A stretch of DNA of 48,408 nucleotides from a virus, in IMG/VR virus record IMGVR_UViG_3300046615_000032. One strand, written 5' to 3'. Numbering within the stretch: position 1 is the first letter of the stretch; every line of letters begins with the position of its first letter. The translations under genes were made by a program, and so were the position numbers. Below, in pieces: positions 35,862 to 42,503 of this stretch. Below the pieces are notes generated by a model. The model saw nothing but the letters and a program-made list of their open reading frames with translations. It did not search any database and was not told where the DNA came from.

Positions 35862-36328
35862 CAGGCAGCCACCGGCTGCTCGACCTCGGGCTCCCAGAGG
35901 GGGCGGCGGCTGGTGAAGACCAGCTCCAGGTGGTCAACGAACACGCACAGCCGCTCGCCGCAGGTCGGGCGGATCAGGCCACCCTCGGGGACGTTGCGAC
36001 CGTCCAGCTCCCATGCGACTCGCGCGGCGGACTTGTTCGTGCCCTTGTGGTGCGCCTGCGGGGTGCCGGACCGCATGGTCGACCCCTCCCAGAACCAGTG
36101 CTTGTCGGTCGCCCGGATGCGGTTGTAGAACTTGTCCTCGTCGGTCGTGCCCGAGATCTGCGGACGCTCGACCGGCTCGATCGGCTTGGTGTACTTGCGG
36201 ATCGGGCGGTCAGCCTGGACGTCGCCGTGTCGGGCGATCCGACCCAGGTGGGTGGCGCAGATCGAGGCGAGTCCTCGCGTCTCGTTCTTGCACTGCCCGA
36301 TCTTCGTGCTGGTCACGCTGCACCTCAC
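35861..36328 (-). CDS. HNH endonuclease (HNH_3-like)
   Basis: GTG at 36328 after a GAGAGAGGAG SD. KHWFWEG...HHKGTNKSAARVAWEL pattern. The track N-terminus is read-through of the tRNA-like element. Confidence 0.7.
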   Translation of the reverse strand: MRCSVTSTKIGQCKNETRGLASICATHLGRIARHGDVQADRPIRKYTKPIEPVERPQISGTTDEDKFYNRIRATDKHWFWEGSTMRSGTPQAHHKGTNKSAARVAWELDGRNVPEGGLIRPTCGERLCVFVDHLELVFTSRRPLWEPEVEQPVAA

Positions 36329-36377
36329 TGGGTGCTCCTCTCTCGCAGGACGCCCGCCCCCTTGGCGGTGTCCGAGC

Positions 36378-36417
36378 GCGTGCCGGGGGCTCGAACCCCG
36401 GTGCCTGCCAGTCACGC
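36378..36417 (-). ncRNA. tRNA-like minihelix A
   Basis: Minus sense: GCGTG ACTGGCAGGCA CCGGGG TTCGAGC CCCCGG CACGC. Confidence 0.7.
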
Positions 36418-36432
36418 TGGTGGATCACACAG

Positions 36433-36654
36433 TCACACCGCGATGAGATCCCGAGCGAAGTCGGTGACCTCGCCGTCCTCCGTCAGGTACCCGGCCTCGA
36501 TCATGTCGCGGGCGGTCCGTCCGTAGTGGCCCTGGAGAGTCCAGGCCATGCCGCTCTTGACCAGGGTGCCGAACAACTCCAGCGTCTCCGCGTCGTCCAG
36601 CTCACCCGACTCGTAGCTGATGATGTCGATGACCAGGCTGCCCATCTTGCTCAC
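36433..36654 (-). CDS. Hypothetical protein
   Basis: 73 aa, GAGAGGGAG SD. Confidence 0.7.
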   Translation of the reverse strand: MSKMGSLVIDIISYESGELDDAETLELFGTLVKSGMAWTLQGHYGRTARDMIEAGYLTEDGEVTDFARDLIAV

Positions 36655-36721
36655 TGTGTGCTCCCTCTCGGTTGGTGTGTGCTCACACTCTCACACGCTG
36701 TGCGAGTGTGTCAAGGTTGGA

Positions 36722-37003
36722 TCAGGCGGCGTCTTCCTCCGCCTCAGCGCGGCCATCCTCCAGGCCCTCGTCGTACCCGTCGCTGTGGCCCTCGTCGTAG
36801 CCGTCCGAGCGACCGCTGTCGTAGCCCTCGGAGTAGGCGAAGTCCTCGCCCTCCGAGTACCCGTCCGTGTGACCGTCGTCGTAGGCGTCCGACCGCTCGT
36901 TCTCGACCAGGCTGTGGATGATGGCCTTCGCCTCCTCGGGCAGCTCCTCCAGGTCCAGGACCAGGGCGAGCTCGGCGATGGCGTCGGTGGTGTAGATGCT
37001 CAC
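36722..37003 (-). CDS. Highly acidic repeat protein ((S/H)DGY(D/S)EG repeats)
   Basis: 93 aa, about one third Asp/Glu by manual count. GAGAGGAGCACC SD. Confidence 0.7.
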   Translation of the reverse strand: MSIYTTDAIAELALVLDLEELPEEAKAIIHSLVENERSDAYDDGHTDGYSEGEDFAYSEGYDSGRSDGYDEGHSDGYDEGLEDGRAEAEEDAA

Positions 37004-37055
37004 GGTGTGGTGCTCCTCTCGCAGTGGGTCGGCGCTGTCACCGTCGACCCTGAGT

Positions 37056-37095
37056 GCCTGCCTGGGGCTCGAACCCAGGTGCCTGCCGGTCAGGC
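37056..37095 (-). ncRNA. tRNA-like minihelix B
   Basis: Minus sense: GCCTG ACCGGCAGGCA CCTGGG TTCGAGC CCCAGG CAGGC. Confidence 0.7.
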
Positions 37096-37105
37096 TGTCC
37101 CTCGA

Positions 37106-37315
37106 TCAGAGGGGGTACCGCTCCAGGTTGTGCTTCCGGGCGATGTCGTCGGCCTCGTCGGTCTCGGCCCGCAGGTAGGCGGCGGCGTTGACCGCTCCCA
37201 CCCCATCGGCGAAGACCTCCCAGGCGTTGGCGACGTCGCCCCCCAGCTCATGCGCTCGGAGGACTACCCGTGCCGCTGCCTCGGGGTTCCGAGCGGCGAT
37301 CTCTGCGTGATCCAC
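37106..37315 (-). CDS. Hypothetical protein (69 aa)
   Basis: GTG at 37315 after a GAGAGGAGAG SD. Confidence 0.55.
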   Translation of the reverse strand: MDHAEIAARNPEAAARVVLRAHELGGDVANAWEVFADGVGAVNAAAYLRAETDEADDIARKHNLERYPL

Positions 37316-37329
37316 TGTGCTCTCCTCTC

Positions 37330-37683
37330 CTACTTCAGGATCTTGGTGTCGAACCCGTAGCCCTGCACTGTCCCATCGGCGAAGTGTACGAACGCCTCGG
37401 GCTCGTCGCTGTGCATCCAGCGGAAGTTGAAGTCGTAGTCGGAGATCGGCGTGCCGTAGATGCTCGGCACCTTCTCCCCCTTGTCCCCGTCCCAGCACTC
37501 CGACCAGCGGTACCCGCAGCAGTCGCAGTCCCCCTGTCCGTCGAAGTACAGGCCGATCCTCTCGGCCTTGTCGTTGGCCTCCTCCGGGGAGTCAGCCTCG
37601 ATGATCACGTAGTGGCTGATGCCAGCCGGGTCGAAGGTGAACCCACCACCCGAGTTGTTCTGGCTGTACTCGAAGAACGCCAC
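37330..37683 (-). CDS. Hypothetical protein (CDCCGYRW motif)
   Basis: GTG at 37683 after a GAGAGGGG SD, 117 aa. Confidence 0.7.
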   Translation of the reverse strand: MAFFEYSQNNSGGGFTFDPAGISHYVIIEADSPEEANDKAERIGLYFDGQGDCDCCGYRWSECWDGDKGEKVPSIYGTPISDYDFNFRWMHSDEPEAFVHFADGTVQGYGFDTKILK

Positions 37684-37732
37684 GCCATGCCCCTCTCGCC
37701 TTGGGTCTGCGCTGTCACCGCATCCCCTGAGT

Positions 37733-37772
37733 GGGAGCCGAGGACTCGAACCTCGGTGTCTGCCGGTCTCCC
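37733..37772 (-). ncRNA. tRNA-like minihelix C
   Basis: Minus sense: GGGAG ACCGGCAGACA CCGAGG TTCGAGT CCTCGG CTCCC. Confidence 0.7.
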
Positions 37773-37793
37773 TGCCTACCTCCTGCCCCCCGA

Positions 37794-38240
37794 TCAGGAG
37801 GTCGTCTTGTACCCGTCCCAGCACTGGACGTAGGACGTGTCGCCGATCTTGGCCCAGCAGTCACGGTGTCCGTCGACCGTGTGCCAGTTCTCCTTGCCCG
37901 CCTTGCGCTGGGCGTTGTCCCAGGCGAGCTGCTTCTCCTTGTCGCGCAGCTTGGCGTCCAGGTAGATCACTCGACCCTGCTTGTCCACCCAGAACGAGTA
38001 GCCCTTGCCGTTCCCGCGCTTGCCAGCATCCCAGAAGCAGTCGTTGTCGTCCTCGTACCCGCACGCCTTCTTCGGGAGCCGGGAGGTGGGCACCTCCACG
38101 ATGATCGGCTTGGTCACGACCACCCGGATCACCTTGGGCGGCTGCGGTGCAGCCTCGGCGTGCACTCCACCGAGCGTGATGCCTCCGACCGCCACGCCGA
38201 TCGCGAGGGTGGCCAGGGTGCGCTTGATCGTCTTGAACAT
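37794..38240 (-). CDS. Secreted Cys-containing protein
   Basis: Signal-peptide-like N-terminus MFKTIKRTLATLAIGVAVGG...VHAEAA. GAAGGAGA SD. Confidence 0.7.
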   Translation of the reverse strand: MFKTIKRTLATLAIGVAVGGITLGGVHAEAAPQPPKVIRVVVTKPIIVEVPTSRLPKKACGYEDDNDCFWDAGKRGNGKGYSFWVDKQGRVIYLDAKLRDKEKQLAWDNAQRKAGKENWHTVDGHRDCWAKIGDTSYVQCWDGYKTTS

Positions 38241-38275
38241 GGGATCTCCTTCGTGAGTCAGCGGTGTTGCTGAGT

Positions 38276-38315
38276 GGGTGCCGAGGGCTCGAACCTCGGT
38301 GCCTGCCGGTCACCC
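38276..38315 (-). ncRNA. tRNA-like minihelix D
   Basis: Minus sense: GGGTG ACCGGCAGGCA CCGAGG TTCGAGC CCTCGG CACCC. Confidence 0.7.
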
Positions 38316-38321
38316 TCGGGG

Positions 38322-38750
38322 TCACTCCCCCGCGTTGTCCTCGATGTCCTGGAGCAGCTTGCTGACCAGCCGGTAGGCGATCAGGTACAGCGCCCAGCCA
38401 GCCTGCGTGTCCAGGTCGGCGAACTCGCTGGTGTCGGCGATCTCGCTCACGTCCTCGGTCCAGGCACCCAGGTCGGTGAAGGTCAGCCACTTGTCGTAGG
38501 TGTAGATCGGGACCGCACCGTCTGCGATCTCCCCGTCAGCCCCCTCGTAGCGGACGTTCTCGACCGCCTCGGCCAGGCTGAACTCGCCGTGCTCGACGCG
38601 CCACTCGACCGCCTCGATCACACTGTCACGGATGCCTCGCAGGAAGCGGGCTCCCGCACTGTCCTCGTCGTCCGGGGTGCTCGACTCGGCGTCCACCGCC
38701 AGCTTCCAGTGGCTCAGGCCCTTGATCTCGCTCAGGATGTCGTCGCTCAT
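38322..38750 (-). CDS. Acidic hypothetical protein
   Basis: 142 aa, Asp/Glu-rich. Confidence 0.7.
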   Translation of the reverse strand: MSDDILSEIKGLSHWKLAVDAESSTPDDEDSAGARFLRGIRDSVIEAVEWRVEHGEFSLAEAVENVRYEGADGEIADGAVPIYTYDKWLTFTDLGAWTEDVSEIADTSEFADLDTQAGWALYLIAYRLVSKLLQDIEDNAGE

Positions 38751-38792
38751 GGTGTACTCACTCTCACAGGTTGGGGTTGGATCAGGTTGAGT

Positions 38793-38832
38793 GGAAGCCA
38801 GGGGCTCGAACCCTGGGGCCTGCCGGTCTCCC
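38793..38832 (-). ncRNA. tRNA-like minihelix E
   Basis: Minus sense: GGGAG ACCGGCAGGCC CCAGGG TTCGAGC CCCTGG CTTCC. The closing stem has one G-U pair. Confidence 0.7.
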
Positions 38833-38872
38833 TTGCCGATGTGCTCACACTCTCACACTCTCGGCCCTCCCG

Positions 38873-39133
38873 TCAAGCGGGGTAGATGCCGAGGCACCAG
38901 CTCGTCACGGGCTCCAGGAAGACACCCGGCAGCCACTCGGGCTCGCTGCCCGCCTTCTCCGTGACCTCGAACACCCACTCGGGGTGACCCTCCAGGGCCA
39001 GGGACCAGGCACCCTCGCTCAGACCCTCATGGTCGTGGTCGGCCAGGAAGAAGTACCCAGCGTCGAGCGGGTACAGCTTCTCGATCTCAGCCTTGACGTG
39101 CTCGGCCTGCTTGCGGCTCAGCGCCTTGCTCAT
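38873..39133 (-). CDS. Hypothetical protein
   Basis: ATG at 39133 lies 5 nt after a GAGGAG SD. Confidence 0.65.
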   Translation of the reverse strand: MSKALSRKQAEHVKAEIEKLYPLDAGYFFLADHDHEGLSEGAWSLALEGHPEWVFEVTEKAGSEPEWLPGVFLEPVTSWCLGIYPA

Positions 39134-39166
39134 GATCACTCCTCGTTCAGGGCAGGGTTGCCCGGT

Positions 39167-39206
39167 GGGTGCCAGGGACTCGAACCCTGGTGTGTGCCAC
39201 TCACCC
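39167..39206 (-). ncRNA. tRNA-like minihelix F
   Basis: Minus sense: GGGTG AGTGGCACACA CCAGGG TTCGAGT CCCTGG CACCC. Confidence 0.7.
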
Positions 39207-39214
39207 TCACGGCG

Positions 39215-39622
39215 TCAGCCGTACCGTACTTCACCGAGCGCGGCCACCTGGACGATCACGTCCGCAGCAGTCGCGTCGATGTGCCCGCAGTCGATGCCGT
39301 CCTCGTCACGGTCCCGCCAGGAGTCCAGGATGTACCCAGCCACCATCGGGCCGACGTACTCCTGACTCGGGTCGAGCAGCTTGGCGTACGCCGCTCGGAT
39401 CTCGTCCTTGCTCAGGTAGTGGACCGCCTCGACCTCGCGGCCACCGAAGGGGAAGTCATCGACCCCCTCCACGATGGTGTACTCCTTGCCCTCGGGCAGG
39501 GCGGCGAACTCCTCCGCCGTGGGCTCGGTCGCCCAGTACGTGATCCCGCCGTACGACGCAGTGTCGATGATGTCCTGGACGTTCTCGTCCGTGATGCGGT
39601 TCAGGATGCGCTGCACGATCAT
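39215..39622 (-). CDS. Hypothetical protein
   Basis: 135 aa, good GC3. Confidence 0.7.
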   Translation of the reverse strand: MIVQRILNRITDENVQDIIDTASYGGITYWATEPTAEEFAALPEGKEYTIVEGVDDFPFGGREVEAVHYLSKDEIRAAYAKLLDPSQEYVGPMVAGYILDSWRDRDEDGIDCGHIDATAADVIVQVAALGEVRYG

Positions 39623-39624
39623 GC

Positions 39625-39765
39625 TCAGAACTCCTTGGCGACGTCGACCGACTCGGCCACGCCGTACTTGACGGACCGGGCGAACTTGCGCTGCTGAGCC
39701 AGAGCCTTGCCCTTGCGACGGTCGTCGCGGGTGGACTCACGGTTGTCGCGGAACTTGGGAACCAT
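39625..39765 (-). CDS. Small basic protein (46 aa)
   Basis: Below the ORF-track cutoff. GAGGAGAG SD, high GC3. Confidence 0.5.
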   Translation of the reverse strand: MVPKFRDNRESTRDDRRKGKALAQQRKFARSVKYGVAESVDVAKEF

Positions 39766-39816
39766 CTGGATCTCTCCTCGGATCAGAGCTCCCCTGCCAC
39801 TCAGGGGATGCCCAGT

Positions 39817-39856
39817 GCCTGCCCAGGACTCGAACCTGGGTGTCTGCCAGTCAGGC
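39817..39856 (-). ncRNA. tRNA-like minihelix G
   Basis: Minus sense: GCCTG ACTGGCAGACA CCCAGG TTCGAGT CCTGGG CAGGC. Confidence 0.7.
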
Positions 39857-39863
39857 TGTGCGG

Positions 39864-40520
39864 TCAGACCGCGATCGGGAGGGCGAGCTGGTCAGGGTGC
39901 TCACCCAGGAAGGCACGGAAGGCGTCGTACGCCTTGGCCTCGAAGTACTCGTCCCGCAGCTCGGCGTACAGCTCCTCGACTGCGTTCCAGCTCACGTCCG
40001 CCCCATCCCAGGGCAGCCGGTCCCCTGCGACCTCGTACAGCCGGTCACGGAGCTCCTGCGCCTCAGCGTCAGAGTCCAGGTCGTAGTCACGCTGCGCCTG
40101 GTCGATCGCCTCGCTCAGGTTCTCCTCGTAGAGCTTCCACTCACGCTCGGAGTAGTCGGACTCGTCCACGATCGGGTACGACTCCAGGCCCTCGCCGATC
40201 TCTACGATCGCCTTCCAGGCTGCGGTGAACGTCACCCCGTCGTCCTCGTACACTCGGACGAACAGTTGACGCAGCGACCCGACCAGCCAGTGACCGCACG
40301 TTGCGTCGATCACGTCGTCCTCGGACTCAGCCGCCCCCTGGACGATCTCCAGTGCGCTGAGGTAGTTCGACTCCTCCAGGATGTCGTCCCCACGCTCGGC
40401 CCAGGTCAGGGTCGACCCGTGCGTCTCGTACAGCCGCTCATCCCAGAACGCTGCGTCGCTCGGTCGGGTCAGAGCCTTCTCCGCCCACTCGGCCAGCGTC
40501 TCGATGTCGATCTCGTACAC
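39864..40520 (-). CDS. Acidic hypothetical protein (218 aa)
   Basis: Strongly Asp/Glu-rich. GTG after a GGGAG SD. Confidence 0.75.
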   Translation of the reverse strand: MYEIDIETLAEWAEKALTRPSDAAFWDERLYETHGSTLTWAERGDDILEESNYLSALEIVQGAAESEDDVIDATCGHWLVGSLRQLFVRVYEDDGVTFTAAWKAIVEIGEGLESYPIVDESDYSEREWKLYEENLSEAIDQAQRDYDLDSDAEAQELRDRLYEVAGDRLPWDGADVSWNAVEELYAELRDEYFEAKAYDAFRAFLGEHPDQLALPIAV

Positions 40521-40555
40521 AGTCCACTCCCACTGTCACAGCATGGTTGCTGAGT

Positions 40556-40595
40556 GCGCGCCTGGGACTCGAACCCAGGTGTCTGCCGGTCGCGC
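40556..40595 (-). ncRNA. tRNA-like minihelix H
   Basis: Minus sense: GCGCG ACCGGCAGACA CCTGGG TTCGAGT CCCAGG CGCGC. Confidence 0.7.
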
Positions 40596-40723
40596 TGTCT
40601 ACTACTCCCCCGGTGTCATGCAGGCTCTCGCCTGTGCACTTCCGGGTACCCGATCTCCTCGGGCTTCCGTTCCGTCTCGTCCCGTAACCACACACCACTC
40701 GGGTGGATCATCAGGACCCCCGA

Positions 40724-40864
40724 CTACTTCGAGGCTCGGTACGCCTGGATGGCGAGCTGACGACGCAGCGCGTCCAGGTCGTTCCGGCGCAGACGCTCGT
40801 TCCAGCGGGCCGCACGCTTGCTGCGGGCGATCGAGGAACGGGTCTTCTCCAGGGTCACGCTCAT
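40724..40864 (-). CDS. Small basic protein (46 aa)
   Basis: Below the ORF-track cutoff. GAGGAGA SD, high GC3. Confidence 0.5.
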   Translation of the reverse strand: MSVTLEKTRSSIARSKRAARWNERLRRNDLDALRRQLAIQAYRASK

Positions 40865-40911
40865 GTTGATCTCCTCAGATCTCTCTTGTCACAGGATCAC
40901 ACGATCCCAGT

Positions 40912-40951
40912 GGATGCCGGGGACTCGAACCCCGGTGTGTGCCACTCACCC
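40912..40951 (-). ncRNA. tRNA-like minihelix I
   Basis: Minus sense: GGGTG AGTGGCACACA CCGGGG TTCGAGT CCCCGG CATCC. The closing stem has one G-U pair. Confidence 0.7.
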
Positions 40952-40964
40952 TACACTCACACTG

Positions 40965-41342
40965 TCACACAGTCAAGCGCATGAAGACCACGTCAGGCTC
41001 ACCAGGCGTCCAGTTCGGGACGCGCTCGTACTCGGTGAAGCCGAACTGCTTGTAGTACTCAGGCAGGAAGCCATCGAAGCAGTCCAGGCGATCCGCACCG
41101 TGGTGCAGGATCGAGCTCCAGACCAGGTCGACACCCCGCCCCTTGATCAGGGAGAAGACTCCGACCAGGGTGCCGTCACCAGCCACGCCGTAGCCGGACT
41201 CCAGGTCGTCGGCGACGTAGTAGGCGTACGACGCGGGCATCTCCTCCGGAGTGGAGGTGGCAGCGGCGATGAGCTGGCTCTTGGAGCGCGCCCGTCGCAG
41301 TGCCTGAGTGTAGATGCCGTGACCGACTCGGAAGTAGATCAT
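40965..41342 (-). CDS. GNAT-family acetyltransferase-like protein
   Basis: 125 aa from the ATG at 41342. IKGRGVDLV and FLPEYYKQFGFTE GNAT-like motifs. It is the first gene of the punctuated array. Confidence 0.6.
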   Translation of the reverse strand: MIYFRVGHGIYTQALRRARSKSQLIAAATSTPEEMPASYAYYVADDLESGYGVAGDGTLVGVFSLIKGRGVDLVWSSILHHGADRLDCFDGFLPEYYKQFGFTEYERVPNWTPGEPDVVFMRLTV

Positions 41343-41391
41343 GTCCAACCCTCTCAGTTGCAACACTGTCACAGCCGGTGCTGTGACCAGT

Positions 41392-41432
41392 GAGTGCCCA
41401 GGGCTCGAACCTGGTGTGCCTGCCAGCCACTC
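41392..41432 (-). ncRNA. tRNA-like minihelix J
   Basis: Minus sense: GAGTG GCTGGCAGGCACA CCAGG TTCGAGC CCTGG G CACTC. Confidence 0.7.
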
Positions 41433-41594
41433 GCCCACCCCCTGGGGGGTGTCCAGACTCACAGTCTGGGAAGTCAGTTCCCACCCACAAACCATGCAGG
41501 CAGGTTCTTCGTCTGTGTCGCTTGCGCTCTGTTGAGTTCTCAAGGTGCGGTTCTTCGAGTCCGTGCTCGACCGCCCTTCGGGCGGGTCCTGCGC

Positions 41595-41688
41595 TTCGTT
41601 CTGGTCTCACTCTACCAGGTCTGTGTTGGTGTGTCAACCCGGTGTTTCTTGCTGTCCTGCGGTTCGTTCTGGTCTCACTCTACCAGGT
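41595..41688. repeat. Two exact 26-bp direct repeats, 68-bp period
   Basis: TTCGTTCTGGTCTCACTCTACCAGGT occurs at 41595-41620 and 41663-41688. A 12-nt partial third copy lies at 41904-41915. Confidence 0.9.
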
Positions 41689-42294
41689 TTCCCTGGGCTG
41701 TGCAACTTGCTTCGCTTGGCTGCTGGTCCCGTTCGTTGCGGGTACTTCCCTACGCTCTTGCGATCACTGGGAAGCGGGTCCGCTTGGGTCCTGCTCTTGC
41801 CTTGCTGAGCTCGACTCTACCTGATGTGTGTCAGTGAGTCAAGCCCCGATCTCGGCTGGCTTCCTGCCCGCTTGGCTTGCGCCTCGCTTGCTGTCTGCCG
41901 TGCTTCGTTCTGGTCACAGCTTGCACCACTTGCACAGCCCGTGTCAAGCCCGAGTGTGTTTGCGCAGGTCACAGCGTGTTTGAGCGCGTGTCTGAGAGCT
42001 GATCTCAGGACTTCCCAGGGTTCCCCTGGAGCCTTTCCCTGCCCGATGCCCGATCGTCCGGGAGATGAGCGCATGAGGCGCGCGCGAGGGTAGCGGGACG
42101 ACGTCGGGAAGTCCAGGGGCGGCGAGGCTTGACAGACCGAGGGGGGTGGGGGTACAACCCCGCGCGCGCGAGGACGCCGACCGGTACGTGATAGCCGCTG
42201 AGATCGCGCCACAGTTCCAGGGTCGATCAGGGGGAGGGGGAGCTGGCGCTCACCGAGGCCGTTGCACCATCGTTACCCCAGGTCAGCGGCGAGA

Positions 42295-42489
42295 TCAGGC
42301 TGGGAAGGGACGCCCTTCGGCTGCCGCGTCCCAGTGATCAGGAGTGAGGGCATCCTCCCCGTGCTCAGCGGCGAAGGACTGGATGCGTCCGAGCGGTGAG
42401 TCGGCTGACGCAGGCCCCTCGCTCACGATGCCGCCGAGCATCTGGGCAGCGAACTCCGCGCCGATCTCCTGGGCCGTCTTCTCCTCCAT
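42295..42489 (-). CDS. Possible small hypothetical protein (64 aa)
   Basis: GC3 about 78% by manual count. No clear SD. It lies only 14 nt from a divergent candidate ORF. Confidence 0.35.
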   Translation of the reverse strand: MEEKTAQEIGAEFAAQMLGGIVSEGPASADSPLGRIQSFAAEHGEDALTPDHWDAAAEGRPFPA

Positions 42490-42503
42490 GGGACCAGCGT
42501 ACC

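Noticed and set aside
35861-36415. Track ORFs with N-termini or internal stretches such as MTGRHRGSSPR, GRETGRHRGSSPRLPL, VTGRHRGSSPRHPL and ATGRHLGSSPRRAL (35861..36415, 37330..37824, 37861..38490, 40438..40698), which suggested a conserved peptide family.
   Set aside because: The shared peptide is simply the translation of the tRNA-like repeat. The real starts lie downstream, behind GAGAGGAG-type SDs. 37861..38490 and 40438..40698 are shadow ORFs.
40605-40700. A possible 31-codon ORF (minus-sense ATGATCCACCCG...TGA) between 40724 and minihelix H. It contains a rare TTA codon.
   Set aside because: It is too short, has a weak SD, and its GC3 is only moderate. It is not reported as a feature, though a bldA-dependent micro-ORF cannot be excluded.
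36378-41432. Ten regularly recurring structured repeats, considered as a CRISPR array.
   Set aside because: The intervals are 360-700 bp and contain SD-preceded coding genes. The repeat sequences differ by compensatory stem changes rather than being near-identical. The repeat carries a tRNA T-arm signature. There are no cas genes.
36378-41432. The GGTTCGAGYCC-containing elements, considered as genuine tRNA genes or a phage tRNA cluster.
   Set aside because: Each conserved unit is only 40-41 nt with no D arm and no anticodon arm. In most gaps the upstream gene's stop codon lies roughly 10-30 nt before the T arm, leaving no room for a 5' half. The 3' tail is ACTCA or ACTGG in most copies, not CCA.
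41390-42212. Track ORFs 41390..41824, 41394..41837, 41545..41808, 41817..42212 and 41824..42093, considered as genes filling the 41.4-42.3 kb gap.
   Set aside because: Their products are Cys/Leu/Ser/Arg-rich low-complexity sequences. There is no SD and no GC3 bias. The ORFs overlap each other in several frames, and the region is repeat-rich. It is treated as non-coding.
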